Source: Candidatus Krumholzibacteriia bacterium
GTDB taxonomy: Bacteria > Krumholzibacteriota > Krumholzibacteriia > Krumholzibacteriales > Krumholzibacteriaceae
Reading direction: 5' to 3'
Length of the DNA: 64,000 nucleotides
NCBI GenBank assembly: GCA_963836185.1
Contig: CAWIIQ010000001.1
Coordinates: 736,001-800,000, forward strand
In this document: in pieces, positions 44,452 to 55,470 of the stretch
Numbering within the stretch: position 1 is the stretch's first letter
Layout of the letters: each line of letters opens with the position of its first letter
The notes under the pieces: model-generated
What the model was told of the DNA's origin: nothing
Seen by the model: the letters and a program-made list of their open reading frames with translations, nothing else
Database searches by the model: none
Program-made: the position numbers and the translations under genes

Positions 44452-46282
44452 TTATTCTTTCTTGTAGACGCCCTTCATCCGCTCGAGGAAAAGGTCGGGA
44501 CCGATGAATCCCGTCACCCTCGCGGCGGACTTCTCCTCGCCCGAAGTGTCGAGGAATATTATAGTGGGCACTCCCCTTACGCCGAAGTCCCTTTTTATCC
44601 GTTTCTTTTCACCGTTTATCGTGGTCAGGTCCATCTTCAGCCTGACGAAGCTCTCCGAATACTCTATCACAGCCTCGTCGGTGAAGGTCTTGTGCTCGAG
44701 CTCACGGCAGGGGATGCACCAGTCGGCTGAGAAATCGATCATTACCGGCCTGCCTTCAGCCTTTGCCTCGGCGATCCGTTCCTCGCTGAACGCTTCCCAC
44801 TCGATGCCGTCATGCTCGAGGGCCTCCCTGAACGGCCCGCCCGGCATGGTGAATATGAAAACCGCCGATATCAGCCACGCCGCGCCGATGACGGCCTTGA
44901 TGATCTTGAACGGTTTCCCTTCCTGCGGTGTGCGGTCGAACGGCCAGAGCACCAGGCCCGCGGTCAGGGCGATGATCCCATAGCCGATATTCGTGATCGG
45001 TCGAACCGAGTACGGGCCTGGCGAAGTAGAGGGCCATCATCACAAGTATGAATCCGAAGATCTTCTTGACCCATACCATCCAGTGTCCCGGTCTCGCGAG
45101 GCTTCCCGAGAGCGTTCCGAGAAGGATGAACGGCGTGCCCATACCCCAGGCGAGAGTGAAGAACATCAGGAAGCCGAGGACAGGCTTGCCCGTCTCCCCG
45201 ACGTAGATGAGCAGGCCGAGGACGAACGGGCCGATGCAGGGCGCCGCGACTATACCGACCGTCAGGCCCATTATTATCGCGCCCCAGCGTCCCTGTTTCG
45301 CCTGTCCGGTCCTTCGGGAGAGGAATGTCGGCATCCTGAACTCCCAGAGGCCGAACATCGAGGTCGCCAGCCCGACGAGAACCGCGGCGATGAAGAATAT
45401 CACCAGCGGATTCTGCAGGGCGGAGCCGAACAGGCCGCCCGTTGTGGCGGCGATCGTTCCGAGTATGCTGTATGTGATCGACATCCCGAGGACGTAGAAG
45501 AGGGTGAGGACAAAGGTCCTCGATGTCTTTCCGTCCGACTGGTTGACGAAATAGCTCACCGTGATCGGAATGAGAGGGAATACGCACGGCGTAAGGTTGA
45601 GAGCGAGCCCTCCGAGAAAGATCAATATGAAAGCGAGGATCAGTCCGTGCTCCTCGAGCATCTCGCCGAAACTGCTGTCTTCATCACCGGAGCCGGCGGT
45701 GACCGGCGCTCCCGTTCCGTCAATAAAGGGGGGAGCGAGGAAGATCTCGTCGTGCGCCATCTCCTCGAGCTGATCCATGGTGCCGATCCTGACAGTGATC
45801 TCCTCTATCGCGATGGCAGGTTCGAGGCAGGTCAGATTGTTGCATCCCTGGTATCTCAGAGCCGCCCGGATCTTGTACTCTCCCGGCGCGATATCGCCGG
45901 AGCACTCTATGATCGCCCCGAAGTTCACCGTTCCGTGGTAGAGGGGCATCTTCTGTTCGCTGATCTCAAGCTTGAGCATCTCCGGCTCGGGGTAGAGGAC
46001 ACCCTTTATCGTGATCCCCTCCGGAGCGGTGATGTCGAGTACGGTCGGTATGAGGTATTTATCGAGTGGAGAGTCGGAGTTGATGTGCCACTGGTCCTTG
46101 ATGACGGCTTTTACCGCGATAAATCCGGTCGAGCCGGGATGAAAGACTGTCAGTGACGTATATCCGTCCGTATCGACGAGGTTGCCTGACTGGGAGAAGA
46201 GCTGCGTGAGCGCCGGCGATGCCGCGATAACGGAAATCAGCATTATCAGTGCGATAGTCCTGAGTGCTGTCGGGAGTCTCAT
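44452..46282 (-). CDS. dsbD: Thiol:disulfide interchange protein DsbD (frameshift near 44995)
   Basis: N domain 'YQGCNNLTC', TM domain 'LNLTPCVFP' and 'AAPCIGP', thioredoxin domain 'DFSADWCIPC'. Confidence 0.9.
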
Positions 46283-46309
46283 CTTGTATCTATCCTTTCC
46301 TTGAACCGA

Positions 46310-48211
46310 TTATTTTTTATACCTGAAAATATATAGCCCTCCGGAGCCGCTCGCCAGATAAACGAACCTGTCGTCGGAGAAGACTCCTCTCGCGTCATCT
46401 ACGGTCTGGTATCTCGCCGCTATCAGAGGCCTGCCGGGATCGGAGATATCGATAGCGGTGATACCGAGCGTCTGGGTAGCGATGAAGGCGACGTCGCCGC
46501 GTACATGGAGCGTTCGGGCGATAGCTCCCGTCTCAATACGTCCCCGCTTTACCGGGGCCGACCTGTCGCTTACATCGGCCGTCATGAACCCCCTCTGTCC
46601 GTCGGCGATATGCAAAAGGTCGCCGGAGATAAAGAGGTCGCTGGCCCATCCGGGCGTATCCATCGTCGATACGAGCCGCGGAACCCTGCCGGCGAGGGAG
46701 TAGATCCTGAATCCCTCGAATCCGTCGGCCACGTATAGATATTCTTCGTCGACGTCCAGCCCCCTGACCTCTGAGAGATCCTCGTTCCAGATCATCCGGG
46801 GAGAAGCCGGGTCGGTGAAATCGACCGCTTCGACCCCGCGAAAGCCCCCCGCGAGGTATGCTGTCCCTAACCGCGTCTTGACGGCGGAGAGGTATGATGA
46901 TGATTCAAGGGTCGAGAGCAGGACGGGGGAGTCGGGGACCTCTATGTTGTAGAACCTCACCCCGTTCGATCCGTCGGCCAGCACGAGGATGTCGCCCTCG
47001 ATCGCCGCATCTCTCGCCTCGCCTGTCTGGACGTGGCCCGTCCATTCGATCGATCCGTCCCTGTCGACACGCCCGATCCTCAAGCCCGTCCCTTCCGTTT
47101 GCCAGGTAGACAAATTCTCCGTGTACGATCAGCTCTATCGCGAAGCCGTTCGTGGGGATGCTGCCTTTATCCCTCGCGTCGCCCTTGTCGATCTCGTAGA
47201 AACTGAATCCTGACTTCGGCCCGAAGGTGATCATCTCGTTCCCGGCGCTTCTTATCGAGCTGCCGGGGAAGTCCGGGGATCTCGTCATTCCCTCGCCGCG
47301 CAGAAGCGAGTACTGCGGATCGGAAGGGAGGGGGCCGGAGTATTCACCGACAGATCGCAGCTGAGCCTGGAAAGGCGTTATAAGGCCCGTCTCGAGGAGC
47401 GCGAGGCCGCCTCCCGGGCCGCGGCAGATATCGGCTGATCTTCTTTTCCGGCAGGGGAGGAAGAGGCCGTGGCGAGCGTCCGGTCATGTATATCATACCT
47501 GTATACCACACCCTCCGGGGAAAGCAGGTGGAGGATCGAGCGGATGATCTCAGCCGAGATTATCTTTGAAGGCGCCTCGAATCTCGAGACCTCATTGAAC
47601 GAGCCGGCGCCCAGGTTCATCGCAACCATGATCACATCGCCGCCTGAGACCGCGGCCGTGATCAGTCCGGCGGAAGCTATAGTTGTTACGGGTGTTATAT
47701 TTTCCAGGCGCGCGACGGGAGAAAGGGGTTCTGATAACGGGACGAATGCCGCGTCGAAGAGATAGAGGCCCGATTTGGTGCTGCTTACGATGAGGGAAGT
47801 ACCGGCCGACGCGCATGAGCTTATATCCTCGAGCTCAAAAGCGGTCACGACCATCGGATCGGCGGGATCGGAAAGGTCGATAGCGACGAGGCCGACTCCG
47901 CTGACCGCGATCCAGGCGTTTGTCCCGATCGTCTCGATCTCGAGTGGTTCTCCGCTGAGCGGGATCACAAGGCCCTCGCCTGGAGGCGTCCCTTCGGGGA
48001 TCACCATGACCGCTCCGCCGCTCGCGAGGATAATGCCTCTTGCCCACTCCATCGTCCTGTGCCCTTCCAGGAACGCCGCGTCCCTGGGGGGGCCCTCGAA
48101 CAGCTCCCGCTCGAGCATCTCGAACTCCGGCGCCGAGGTGCACGATGTCGCGGTCGCCGCCAGAGCGAGGAGTATCAGCAGGCTTCTGAGCATCATCCTT
48201 CTCATTCCCAT
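46310..48211 (-). CDS. LVIVD-repeat lipoprotein (frameshifted)
   Basis: Lipobox-like 'ATSC'; repeats 'YLYVADG..G..I', 'IDISDPGRP', 'YLASGSGGL.IF'. Confidence 0.7.
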
Positions 48212-48336
48212 GATCCCGTCATGAAACGTCGTATATCAGTCAGGCATAAGAGTAAGAAAAAGTCGAGGTTACCGCAAGGTATCTTGAGATAAATCGCCCT
48301 GTCTGGTAGATTGAATAACTCTTACAGAGGAGAGTC

Positions 48337-48993
48337 ATGAGCGACGCTATTCGACGAATACATCTTGTAAGGCATGGCGAATCGACCTGGAACGCGGTCC
48401 GGCGTGTGCAGGGTAACCACGACCATATTCACCTGAGCGAACTGGGAAGGGCGCAGGCAGCTCATCTCGGCCCCAGGCTGAGCAGGATGGAGTTTTCGCG
48501 CGTCTACTGCAGCAGCACGGAACGTGCGCGAGAGACGGCCCTCATAGCTCTCGGCGACGATCGCCAGATCGAATTCATGGACGATCTCAGGGAGATCTCG
48601 TTCGGTCAGTGGGAGGGGCTTCTGGTCAGCGAGATACAGGAGAAACACCCCGGTGAGCTCGAGATGTGGTTCCAGAGCCCTTCGAAGGTCGTTATCGAGG
48701 GGGCCGAGCCTTTCGGTGAGTTCCACGAACGTGCCAACCGCACCGTTGACGGGATAATCGATGAGTCGGAGGGCGACATCCTCATCGTCTCGCACGGCGG
48801 GATCATCTGCGCCTGGCTCACTCACATCCTCGGCATGTCCCCGGACGACATCTGGTCGTTCTCCCTTCCGAACACCTCGCTGACTACTGTCATGATAGAT
48901 TTCAGGCCGCGCCTGCGGCTTCTCGGTGATGTCTCCCATCTCGATGGAAAGACGCTGGGATTCGACGGGATGCCGGCGCCGGTGAGGAAGTAG
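48337..48993 (+). CDS. Histidine phosphatase (phosphoglycerate mutase family)
   Basis: 'LVRHGES.WN', 'LRE..FG.WEG', 'VSHGG'. Promoter TTGAGA-17-TAGATT at 48284-48312. Confidence 0.9.
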   Translation: MSDAIRRIHLVRHGESTWNAVRRVQGNHDHIHLSELGRAQAAHLGPRLSRMEFSRVYCSSTERARETALIALGDDRQIEFMDDLREISFGQWEGLLVSEIQEKHPGELEMWFQSPSKVVIEGAEPFGEFHERANRTVDGIIDESEGDILIVSHGGIICAWLTHILGMSPDDIWSFSLPNTSLTTVMIDFRPRLRLLGDVSHLDGKTLGFDGMPAPVRK

Positions 48994-49000
48994 GCGGGAT

Positions 49001-50023
49001 TCAGCAGAACTCGGGAGGGGTAAGGCCTGCGTCGTCCCAGACGGTCCTGTCCTCCTGGCTCAGCTCGATCACGGTCCCGGGGAAGAGCATCTCGATCGTA
49101 TTTATGAGTTCATGATAGATGTCGAGCCTCAGGGGGCGGTATAGCCTCATCTTTCCTTCCCTGTCGCGGATATATTCTCCATGAAGAATCGGGCTGAAGG
49201 GGATATCTTTCCTGACGCTGTCAGCCAGCCCGGGGGGGAAACGCAGAACACCGAGCTCTATCCTCACGGGAGCGGCGCCGGCCGTGTCCATTACTTCAAG
49301 CAATAGATCCCTGTACAAATCGGGATTCCAGTAGGACGGGATTATCGGGTCCAGGCGGAGCGCGTACCTGATCCCCGCGGCGGAGACCTTCGATATTGCC
49401 GCGAGACGCTCATCGAGCGCCGCCGTTCCCGGTTCTTCCGAGATGACAGCCTCAGGGGGTGAGAGGGTCCAGGTTACGAGCAGGTGCCTGCGGGCAAGAG
49501 CCGGATCGCTTCCATCGAGTCCCGGCAGATGATCGACATTCGCGCTCTTCGTCCTCGCCTCGATCATCGCGCCTGTTCCCTCGAGCAGGGTGAGGATCGA
49601 GGAAGTGAGCCCCGTGATATGATCGAGGGCAAGGCTGTCACTCAGTTCACCGGTCGTCAACCGGACCGTTCCCGAAAGAAGAGCTTCCCTTATATCATCT
49701 TCCATCTTTTCGCTGTTTACGAGGAGAGTGACCGTGTTGTCGGCAAGGTACGATCTGAGATAACAGTACGAGCAGTCGTAGATGCACCCCTGCAGGGCGG
49801 CGACATACTTCTCGCCACAGGGAGGAGCGCCGGGAGTCACGGGGAAATCCTTGACGAAACGGCCCTCGTGGTATTTCAGGATGAAGGCTCCAGCCCCGGC
49901 GAATTCGCCGGGATCGTCCGTGATGATCGTCTCGCTCCTTTCGAGCCTCTCCATGATCCGTTTTGTGAGTGGATCGGAAGTGGCAAGGTCACTGATGACG
50001 AGCCTGTCGAAGCGGGGGGTCAT
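49001..50023 (-). CDS. Spore photoproduct lyase-like radical SAM protein
   Basis: 'GCIYDCSYCYL', 'TGELSDSLALD', 'RTKS', 'WTLSP....EE...A.L.ERL', 'GKMR..RP.R'. Confidence 0.8.
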   Translation of the reverse strand: MTPRFDRLVISDLATSDPLTKRIMERLERSETIITDDPGEFAGAGAFILKYHEGRFVKDFPVTPGAPPCGEKYVAALQGCIYDCSYCYLRSYLADNTVTLLVNSEKMEDDIREALLSGTVRLTTGELSDSLALDHITGLTSSILTLLEGTGAMIEARTKSANVDHLPGLDGSDPALARRHLLVTWTLSPPEAVISEEPGTAALDERLAAISKVSAAGIRYALRLDPIIPSYWNPDLYRDLLLEVMDTAGAAPVRIELGVLRFPPGLADSVRKDIPFSPILHGEYIRDREGKMRLYRPLRLDIYHELINTIEMLFPGTVIELSQEDRTVWDDAGLTPPEFC

Positions 50024-50036
50024 ACCTGTCTGCCTG

Positions 50037-50762
50037 TCACCTGCTGCCTCTGCGCAGCCAGTAGATCCGGCCGCCTTCCATGAGGAATATCAGGAATATC
50101 CCCCCGAGGAATCCGCCTATATGCGCGAACCAGGCCACGCCTCCACCGGACTGGCCTCCGAGCGACACGAATCCGCTGATCATCTGGATCACAATCCAGT
50201 AGATGATTATCACGTAGGCCGGTATGTAGATAAACTGTATAAGGATGAATATCCACAGCAGCGTCATTATTCTCGCCTGCGGGTACAGCATGAGATACGC
50301 ACCCATGACGCCGGCTATCGCTCCGCTTGCCCCGATCGTCGGGATGATCGAACCGGGATCGGCGGCGATGTGCATGGCGTGGGCAAAGAGCCCGGAGGCG
50401 AGATAGAACAAGATGAACCTCAACGGCCCCAGCACATCCTCGATGTTGTTGCCGAAGATCCAGAGGTAGAGCATGTTGAACCCGAGGTGGAAGAAGCTGC
50501 CGTGAAGGAACATCGAGCTGAAGAGAGTGAAAAAGATCGGGTCAGGCCCCGGAGCGTGGTTTATGCCGGAGATCGGGACGGCCAGGTCGGTCATCCTCGT
50601 TATCTCGAAAGGTGTCGCGCCGAGGGAGGCGACAAGGTTCGCTCCGCCGTACCCGTGCCAGAGCTGATAGAGGAAGATGGCGATATTCATCCCGATCAGC
50701 GTCCATGTGACGACTGGCTTCCTGCGGGCCGGATTGATGTCTTTCAGAGGTAAGAACAGCAT
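50037..50762 (-). CDS. Rhomboid family intramembrane serine protease
   Basis: 'SMFLHG...HL..NM', 'GASGAIAG', 'AHIGGF'. Confidence 0.93.
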   Translation of the reverse strand: MLFLPLKDINPARRKPVVTWTLIGMNIAIFLYQLWHGYGGANLVASLGATPFEITRMTDLAVPISGINHAPGPDPIFFTLFSSMFLHGSFFHLGFNMLYLWIFGNNIEDVLGPLRFILFYLASGLFAHAMHIAADPGSIIPTIGASGAIAGVMGAYLMLYPQARIMTLLWIFILIQFIYIPAYVIIIYWIVIQMISGFVSLGGQSGGGVAWFAHIGGFLGGIFLIFLMEGGRIYWLRRGSR

Positions 50763-50817
50763 ATATCAGTTATATATCGTGAACGTCTTTGAGGAAAGTG
50801 ATAAATGGAGCGGAGAT

Positions 50818-51774
50818 TCACACGCCTATTTCGAGAAGGACCTTGAAGGTATCCTTCCTTCGCGCGCGTCTCAGCGCTGTCTCCCATCTTTCAAACGGGT
50901 AGATGGCCGTCAAGAAAGGCGCCGTCTCGACCTTCTTCTTTTCCAGCAGGCTCAGCGCGGCCTCGAACGGCCCGCACCGGGAGCCGACGATCGTTATCTC
51001 GTCGACAGTGACCCGGGAGGGATTCCATTTCAGAGGGGTGTTGAATGTCGATTTGAGGACCACGGTCCCGTGGGGTCTGACGAGGTCAATGGCGTCGGGA
51101 AGCCCCATCCTGCTCCCCGTGCATTCGACGACGACATCGAACGACCCTTTCATCGAGGGGGCTTTAGCCGAGTGAGCGGTCTCGAAGCCGAGTCCGGCGA
51201 AGAGTCGCATCTTCTCCTGGTCGACCCCGATGACGGTCAGCGTTTTCGTCTTGAGCCCGAGGACCTGCGCTACCATCGCGGCGAGCCTTCCATCTCCGAG
51301 GATGGCCACGCGTGTCGACTGGCTGAAGTAAACGCGCTCGGGTATCTCGCACGCCGCGGCGAGGAGCTCTGTGAAGACCGCCTCCTCGTCACTGACACTC
51401 TCGGGGACGGCGTGGAGGTTTGCCATGGGAAGGGCGAGGTATTCGGCGAAGGCGCCGTCCCGGCCCTCTATCCCGAGGACGGTCCTTTCAGGGCAGTGCT
51501 TTCCCAGCCCGCGCCGGCACAGTTCGCACCTGCCGCAGCTCACGTTGATCTCTCCCGTCACCCTTCGCCCGGCGAGGCTGCGGGGCGTCTCGACCGTTCC
51601 GACGAATTCGTGGCCCGGGACGCCGCTGAAATCCATGTATCCCTTGAGGATCTCGAGGTCCGTCGAGCAGATTCCGGCGTATCTCACCCTGACAAGGGCC
51701 TCTCCGCGGCGGGGCTGAGGCCTGTCGATCTCCTTCTCGCGGAGCACTCCGTGTTTGAAGTAAAGAGCCTGCAT
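50818..51774 (-). CDS. Zinc-binding alcohol dehydrogenase (MDR family)
   Basis: 'GICSTD', 'GHEFVG', 'CGRCELC...HC', 'GDGRL'. Confidence 0.9.
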   Translation of the reverse strand: MQALYFKHGVLREKEIDRPQPRRGEALVRVRYAGICSTDLEILKGYMDFSGVPGHEFVGTVETPRSLAGRRVTGEINVSCGRCELCRRGLGKHCPERTVLGIEGRDGAFAEYLALPMANLHAVPESVSDEEAVFTELLAAACEIPERVYFSQSTRVAILGDGRLAAMVAQVLGLKTKTLTVIGVDQEKMRLFAGLGFETAHSAKAPSMKGSFDVVVECTGSRMGLPDAIDLVRPHGTVVLKSTFNTPLKWNPSRVTVDEITIVGSRCGPFEAALSLLEKKKVETAPFLTAIYPFERWETALRRARRKDTFKVLLEIGV

Positions 51775-51900
51775 GACATTTCAAGGATAGCGCATCCGGC
51801 GCGGAATTGGTAGAGGTAGAATGGAGAAGGGCCGGGAACTGATCCGGGCCCCCGGCGTTAGACAGATTATATGTAGATACATCTAAAACGGAGGTCCACG

Positions 51901-53296
51901 ATGAGATTTCTGAAGATATTGATCCCTGTAATTGTATTGATGACCCTGATATCTCCATACGCGGCCCGCGGCGCGCACATCTTTCTGCTGAAGGAGACCT
52001 TCGGCACAGTGGAGATCGATAAGGTCGAGATAGAAGATGGCGATGTCATGATATTTGACGGGGAGGATGTTATCACGGTCGTGATACCTCTCGGGATCGG
52101 TCAGTCTGGCGACCTGGTGAAGAGAGACATGAGGAGCGGGACGATCACGATCAGGTCGACCGGCGGCGAGCTTCATGTCAGCAAGAAGCAGGATGACGGG
52201 AGGAAGATAGATTTTCCAGTCGTGAAGATAGAAGATCTTCCCGCATACGATATCCGGGTCAATATTGCCGGAGGCGACGGTACGAAGAGAGCTTTCCGGA
52301 TAAGCAGGTACGAGGAGGCCGAGACAGACGACGGCCCTGTGATAGACATGTTCGCCGGGATGATCCCGCTCGAGGACGGCGACTATTCGATCACCCTCGA
52401 GATAGCAGCGGCCGAAACGGCGGCGTTTGTCTCGGGCGAGACGACGATCTTCTATGAGAAAGGGTTCCTCCTGACAGAGGGAAGACTGCCGGACGGCAGG
52501 AAGGGCTGGTTCATCGTCGATTTCGGAGCGAGCGGTACGCTGGTCTCGAAGGAGTTCCTTCCCGCCTATATCGACATAGAGGAGGTCAAGGCTCTGGAGT
52601 ACTCCGACAGGGGGCGCAGGGAGGTAAAAAGCGTGATGAGCGGGGCCGGAGGCGACGTGACCGGCTTTCTCGGAAACGCCAGTCCGGGAGATCTGAGATT
52701 CGGTGATGTGAGGTTTTCCGACGTGAGGGTGAATGTCATAGAATCGATGCCTGATTTCGGGACGAGAAAGATCGCCGGGATCCTCGGCCTCGACCTGATG
52801 AAGCTCTGCGACAGGATCGCCTTCGAGTACCCGCGTAGCGGGCCGGGTGTTCTGATGATGGGGGAGAGGCATTCGCTGACCGAGACGGATGCCCCGGCGG
52901 CCGTGGTGCCGTTTCATCTCGTCGCGAAGCATATATTCCTCGACGGCGAGGTGAACGAGGTGCCTGTCTCTTTTCTCTTCGACACGGGGGCGAGGTCCTC
53001 GATCATCTCCGACATGAAAGCTGAGGGATGCGGGATTGAATGAGATATCCGACGCCGGGAAAGGCGAGCTCCGGGGTCTCGACGATAATCCTGTAGAGAC
53101 AAGGGCCGTGATCGCGGACAGGCTGAGGCTCGGAGAATGGCTCCGCTCCGGCGTCCCTTTTCTCGCCGCCGATCTTTCAGTCTTCGAGAGCATCGGGCTC
53201 AGGCGGGGAGGCGGGATCATCGGCAACGATTTCCTCGATGACTACAGTCTTGTAGAGATAGATTTCAGCGAAAGTGTGATCTCTCTCTGGAGGTAG
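51901..53296 (+). CDS. Secreted protein with two retropepsin-like aspartyl protease domains (frameshift near 53040)
   Basis: 'FIVDFGAS...GILG.D' and 'FLFDTGA...GIIG.DFL..Y...IDF'. Confidence 0.75.
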
Positions 53297-53389
53297 GGCC
53301 CCGTTTGTCCTTGAACAGCGGTCCATTTCTGACTTAACCTGCTGAAATATCAAGGCGATTCCACACTGGATATAAGGAAGGCGGAAACG

Positions 53390-54079
53390 ATGAGCGAGAA
53401 CAGCGGCAAGGTCAGGAAATACATACTTGACGATTTCTCTATCCAGGAGAGCTGGAGGCTCTTCAGGATACTTTCCGAGTTTGTCGACGGATTCGACAAT
53501 ATGGTCGATGTTCCGGCAGGAGTGAGCATCTACGGTTCGGCGAGGGCGAAGGAGGGCGACAAGTCATACGAGGACGCGCGCAAGATCGCCACGGCTCTCT
53601 CGTCGAGGGGCTGCTCGATCATCACCGGCGGCGGCCCGGGAGTGATGGAGGCGGCCAACCGCGGGGCGCAGGAAGGCGGCGGGCTCTCGGTCGGATTGAA
53701 TATCGAACTGCCCTTTGAGCAGAAGCCCAATCCGTACATCGACAGGCTGATCTCGTTCCGCTACTTCTTCGTGCGCAAGGTGATGCTGGTAAAGTACTCG
53801 ATAGCGTTCGTCATCATGCCCGGCGGCTTCGGTACGATGGACGAGTTCTTCGAAGCGCTCACCCTGATCCAGACCCGCAAGATCGCGCCTTTTCCCGTAT
53901 TTCTCGTGGGAAAGGAATACTACGGAGGGCTGGCCGACTGGATCAACAACAAGATGCTCGCCGAGGACATGATCCTGCCCGAGGACCTGAAGATCGTAAG
54001 ACTCGTCGATTCGGTCGAGGAAGTTATCGAAGGGGTCTCCGAGCTGCTCGATGGAGTGGATTTCGGACAGGCCAAGTAA
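53390..54079 (+). CDS. LOG family (TIGR00730) Rossmann-fold nucleotide phosphoribohydrolase
   Basis: 'GSAR', 'TGGGPGVMEAANRGA', 'FRYFFVRK', 'PGGFGTMDE'. Confidence 0.92.
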   Translation: MSENSGKVRKYILDDFSIQESWRLFRILSEFVDGFDNMVDVPAGVSIYGSARAKEGDKSYEDARKIATALSSRGCSIITGGGPGVMEAANRGAQEGGGLSVGLNIELPFEQKPNPYIDRLISFRYFFVRKVMLVKYSIAFVIMPGGFGTMDEFFEALTLIQTRKIAPFPVFLVGKEYYGGLADWINNKMLAEDMILPEDLKIVRLVDSVEEVIEGVSELLDGVDFGQAK

Positions 54080-54099
54080 ACTGCAGATGGTTCCCGGCG

Positions 54100-55008
54100 C
54101 TATCCCGGAATAATGTAGGCCAGTGTCAGCAGGATGCCTGTGGCGAGGTGCGTGATGATCGTCAGGGCGTTCGCGGGCGTCATCGCGCCAGGGTCGTCGT
54201 GAGCGCGCGTGGCGACATGTATCGCCCTGAGCGCCAGCGGGAGTGTAGCCAGTCCGATCAGTGTCCAGCGAGGCATCAGGCCGGCCGCGGCGCCTGCTGC
54301 TATCGGTATGTAAGCCGACAGCATCACGACCGCGATACAGGACCCGGCCCTTTCCGGTGCCGAGCCGTACGACGAGGGTCTTCTTTCCCGTAGCTTTATC
54401 GGCGGCCGCGTCCTGGAACTCGTTTATGATGATGATCGCTGTGGTCATTATCGCGAGCGGGAGAGGGGCCACAAGTATCTGATGCGAAACTGTCCCTGTC
54501 TGTACGTAGTACGCTCCGACCGCGATAAGGCCGAAGGCGAGGAATATCGCTATCTCACCGAGTCCCCGGCCGGCGAGCATGGCGCGCGGCTCGGTATACA
54601 TGATCCCGAAGACAAGGCCGGTGATCCCGAAGAGTATTATTGCCGGGCCCCTTACGGTGTAGAGGTATATCCCGATCAGCGACGCGAGCGTGAAGAGGAC
54701 TGATCGAGAGTATGAGCACGCCCCGGGGAGTGACGAATCCCGCCTGGATCATCCTGCTGCCGCCTGTGAACGGGCTGGCGAAGTCGACGTTGGCTTCGTC
54801 GTTTCCCGACCTGTGATCGAACCAGTCGTTTATCGTGTTCGAGCCGAGGTGCAGGAGGATGGCTCCGGCTAGTGTCAGCGAGAAGAGAAGGGGATCCCAC
54901 AGCCCTGTCTCGTAACGCGCTATCGCGGCAGGCGAGCACGACGGGGAGGATACTGACGGTGAGGAACGGGGCCCTCAACTCGACAAGGTATGCCTGCAGC
55001 TTGTTCAC
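54100..55008 (-). CDS. menA: MenA-like UbiA family prenyltransferase (frameshifted)
   Basis: 'LRAPFL..S', 'NDWFD..SGND..N......FTGGSRMIQ', 'NEFQD...D...GKKTLVVRLG'. Confidence 0.8.
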
Positions 55009-55084
55009 GGGATCGATCCTTTCATCTGATCTCGACCTTCAGGTGTCGAATATAGTCTGATTGCGCGGACCGCGTAAAGATTAC

Positions 55085-55115
55085 AAAAAACCCGGAGCGC
55101 TTTTCGCGCTCCGGG
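55085..55115 (-). terminator. Second intrinsic terminator of the peptide transcript
   Basis: Minus strand: ACCCGGAGCGC-GAAAA-GCGCTCCGGGT-TTTTT. Confidence 0.88.
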
Positions 55116-55136
55116 TAACCGCGGGTCTATCGTTCC

Positions 55137-55170
55137 AAAAAAAAGGCGGGGCGCTTTCGCGTCCCGCCTT
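55137..55170 (-). terminator. First intrinsic terminator of the peptide transcript
   Basis: Minus strand: AAGGCGGGACGC-GAAA-GCGCCCCGCCTT-TTTTTT. Confidence 0.88.
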
Positions 55171-55184
55171 CAGAGTCTCTGGGT

Positions 55185-55265
55185 CTACCAGACGCTCTTG
55201 CCCCAGACGCTCTTGCCGGCGATCATGAGGGCTATGATCATCGCTATGCTTGTGAAGTGGAACAT
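55185..55265 (-). CDS. Uncalled 26-aa peptide MFHFTSIAMIIALMIAGKSVWGKSVW
   Basis: ATG at 55265 with SD AAAGGGG 6 nt upstream; TAG at 55187-55185. Dedicated promoter upstream and two terminators downstream. Too short for the supplied ORF track. Confidence 0.78.
   Translation of the reverse strand: MFHFTSIAMIIALMIAGKSVWGKSVW
55188..55217. repeat. Perfect 15-bp tandem repeat (x2) encoding GKSVW
   Basis: CCAGACGCTCTTGCC at 55188-55202 and 55203-55217. Confidence 0.95.
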
Positions 55266-55337
55266 TTTCAACCCCTTTCGTTGAGACTCTCAAAAGTTAC
55301 TTCGTATTTATCATCGTTCCTCATGCTTACCTGTAAT

Positions 55338-55353
55338 AGCCAGAGGCGTGCCA
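55338..55353 (-). promoter_or_regulatory. sigma54 (-24/-12) promoter
   Basis: Minus strand TGGCACGCCTCTGGCT versus consensus TGGCACG-N4-TTGCW (one mismatch); GG-N10-GC spacing is exact. Confidence 0.75.
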
Positions 55354-55390
55354 TAATTCCCAGTTGTTTCTCATATTGCATTAAGGCTTG

Positions 55391-55403
55391 TAAGTGATTG
55401 ATA
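55391..55403. promoter_or_regulatory. IHF binding site
   Basis: TAAGTGATTGATA, whose reverse complement TATCAATCACTTA exactly matches WATCAANNNNTTR. It lies between the sigma54 promoter and the upstream palindromes. Confidence 0.7.
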
Positions 55404-55470
55404 AATAAAGAAATAAAATGTCGCACTATTTCGCGAAATGAGCGATTATGGCCCGGCCGGTTTCGAGAAA

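Noticed and set aside
49001-50023. Spore photoproduct lyase-like gene as evidence of sporulation
   Set aside because: SPL-like radical SAM proteins are widespread in non-sporulating bacteria, and no other sporulation genes are present.
55081-55293. 70-aa minus-strand ORF from the supplied track
   Set aside because: It has no SD and runs through both terminator hairpins. The overlapping 26-aa frame has the SD and stops just before the first terminator.
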